Below are positions 24,954 through 25,745 of a stretch of 25,745 nt of DNA, in pieces; the first letter of the stretch is position 1; every line of letters begins with the position of its first letter. The notes beneath the pieces are model-generated. The model was given only the letters and a program-made list of their open reading frames with translations, searched no databases and had not been told where the DNA came from. The stretch comes from Myxococcota bacterium. GTDB taxonomy: Bacteria > Myxococcota > UBA4151. The translations under genes were made by a program, and so were the position numbers. Location of the stretch: NCBI GenBank assembly GCA_040260805.1, contig JBDQPD010000045.1:1-25745 (forward strand), written 5' to 3'.

Positions 24954-25745
24954 TAGGCTTCCGGAGCAACCTCAACGCTGTCGTCTGACTCGACGGCGGC
25001 GCCTTCATCAACCGCTTCCGATGCCTCATCAGCTTCGACGCTGTCCTCGTCTGCATCAGCCGATGCCGACTCGGCATCCGCTTCGGTCTTTGCAACGTCA
25101 AAGTCATCGGCGCTGGGTTCATCGATCAGAAGATCCCAATCGCCCTGTGCAGCCTCAACCAGAGCCTTCTCGATGGTGTGCATGAGCACCCACGTCCGGC
25201 TATCGCTCAAACCGAAACGAGTAGCGAAGTCTTCAAGTCCGATCGAGAGCGCCTCGAAATACAGATCCGCCGGATCACTCAGGCCAATGCTATCGCAAGT
25301 CGCAAGCAGGCTCGACGACGTGGCGTCTAGATCCGCAAGCAGCTGCCGGCCCTTGTCGTCCATAGCCTCAACAACAGCAACGATGGCCCGATCACGAAGC
25401 GCTTGATCTCGAGCTAGCTCCATCCGGATACCGGCTTCAGCGAACTCGCTCGCCACGGCAGTGCGAGCGCCCTCAACCAACTCCAGTGCGCGCTCATGCT
25501 CCACGCCAGGAATCTGAGCGAGAACCTCAACGTCGCCTTCAGCGACAGCCGAAGCGCTCTGATAGCCGTAATTATAAAGCGTCTGTAAAAGCAGATCACC
25601 CAGCCCCTCAATGCGTCCCAAGCTTTCGTACGCAATGGCCCGACGTTCGTTCATCTTGGATTCAGAGCTCAGTTCGAGCTTCCAGCCGGTTAACTCTGCT
25701 GCCAAGCGAACATTTTGACCGCGACGACCGATCGCTAAGCTGAGC
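24953..25745 (-). CDS. nusA: Transcription termination/antitermination factor NusA, C-terminal part (5' end outside the window)
   Basis: The frame is open to the right edge: LSLAIGRRGQNVRLAAELTGWKLEL (KH2 signature), then a helix-hairpin-helix region (LGRIEGLG...LAQIPGV) and an acidic tail. Lies upstream of ylxR-infB. Confidence 0.95.
   Translation of the reverse strand, partial: LSLAIGRRGQNVRLAAELTGWKLELSSESKMNERRAIAYESLGRIEGLGDLLLQTLYNYGYQSASAVAEGDVEVLAQIPGVEHERALELVEGARTAVASEFAEAGIRMELARDQALRDRAIVAVVEAMDDKGRQLLADLDATSSSLLATCDSIGLSDPADLYFEALSIGLEDFATRFGLSDSRTWVLMHTIEKALVEAAQGDWDLLIDEPSADDFDVAKTEADAESASADADEDSVEADEASEAVDEGAAVESDDSVEVAPEA

Noticed and set aside
1..25745. CRISPR arrays, tRNA/rRNA genes, transposases, integrases, defence systems
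   Set aside because: The window is almost entirely coding, the largest gap is 104 nt, and no repeat-spacer periodicity or relevant motifs were seen; the only tandem repeats are short and in-frame.

Overview
All 18 plausible genes lie on the minus strand, nearly all abutting or overlapping, and the window is truncated at both ends. In transcription order (right to left) the first block is the conserved translation operon: nusA (3' part), a YlxR/RnpM-L7Ae fusion, infB, rbfA and truB. It is followed by a cyclophilin-type PPIase rather than the usual rpsO-pnp. Next comes a ~19.5 kb cluster resembling the myxobacterial Agl-Glt gliding (bacterial focal adhesion) machinery: a Cys-rich/Ig-like lipoprotein (possible GltK/CglC analogue), a CglB-like vWA lipoprotein, a GltA/B-type beta-barrel, GltC, GltD, GltE, GltF (CglF), GltG, a small beta-barrel in the gltH position, a 575-aa TPR-like protein, a 1610-aa GltI-like TPR protein, and the 5' end of a GltJ-like Zn-ribbon+GYF gene that the ORF track misses. 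In Myxococcus xanthus these components are split over separate loci (gltD-J, gltK-B-A-C, cglB); here they appear merged into one translationally coupled run attached to a housekeeping operon. No AglR/Q/S motor genes, RNA genes, mobile elements or CRISPR arrays are visible. A Myxococcota or related deltaproteobacterial origin with moderate GC (about 60% by eye) is inferred. Family assignments come from motif recognition and gene order, not database searches.
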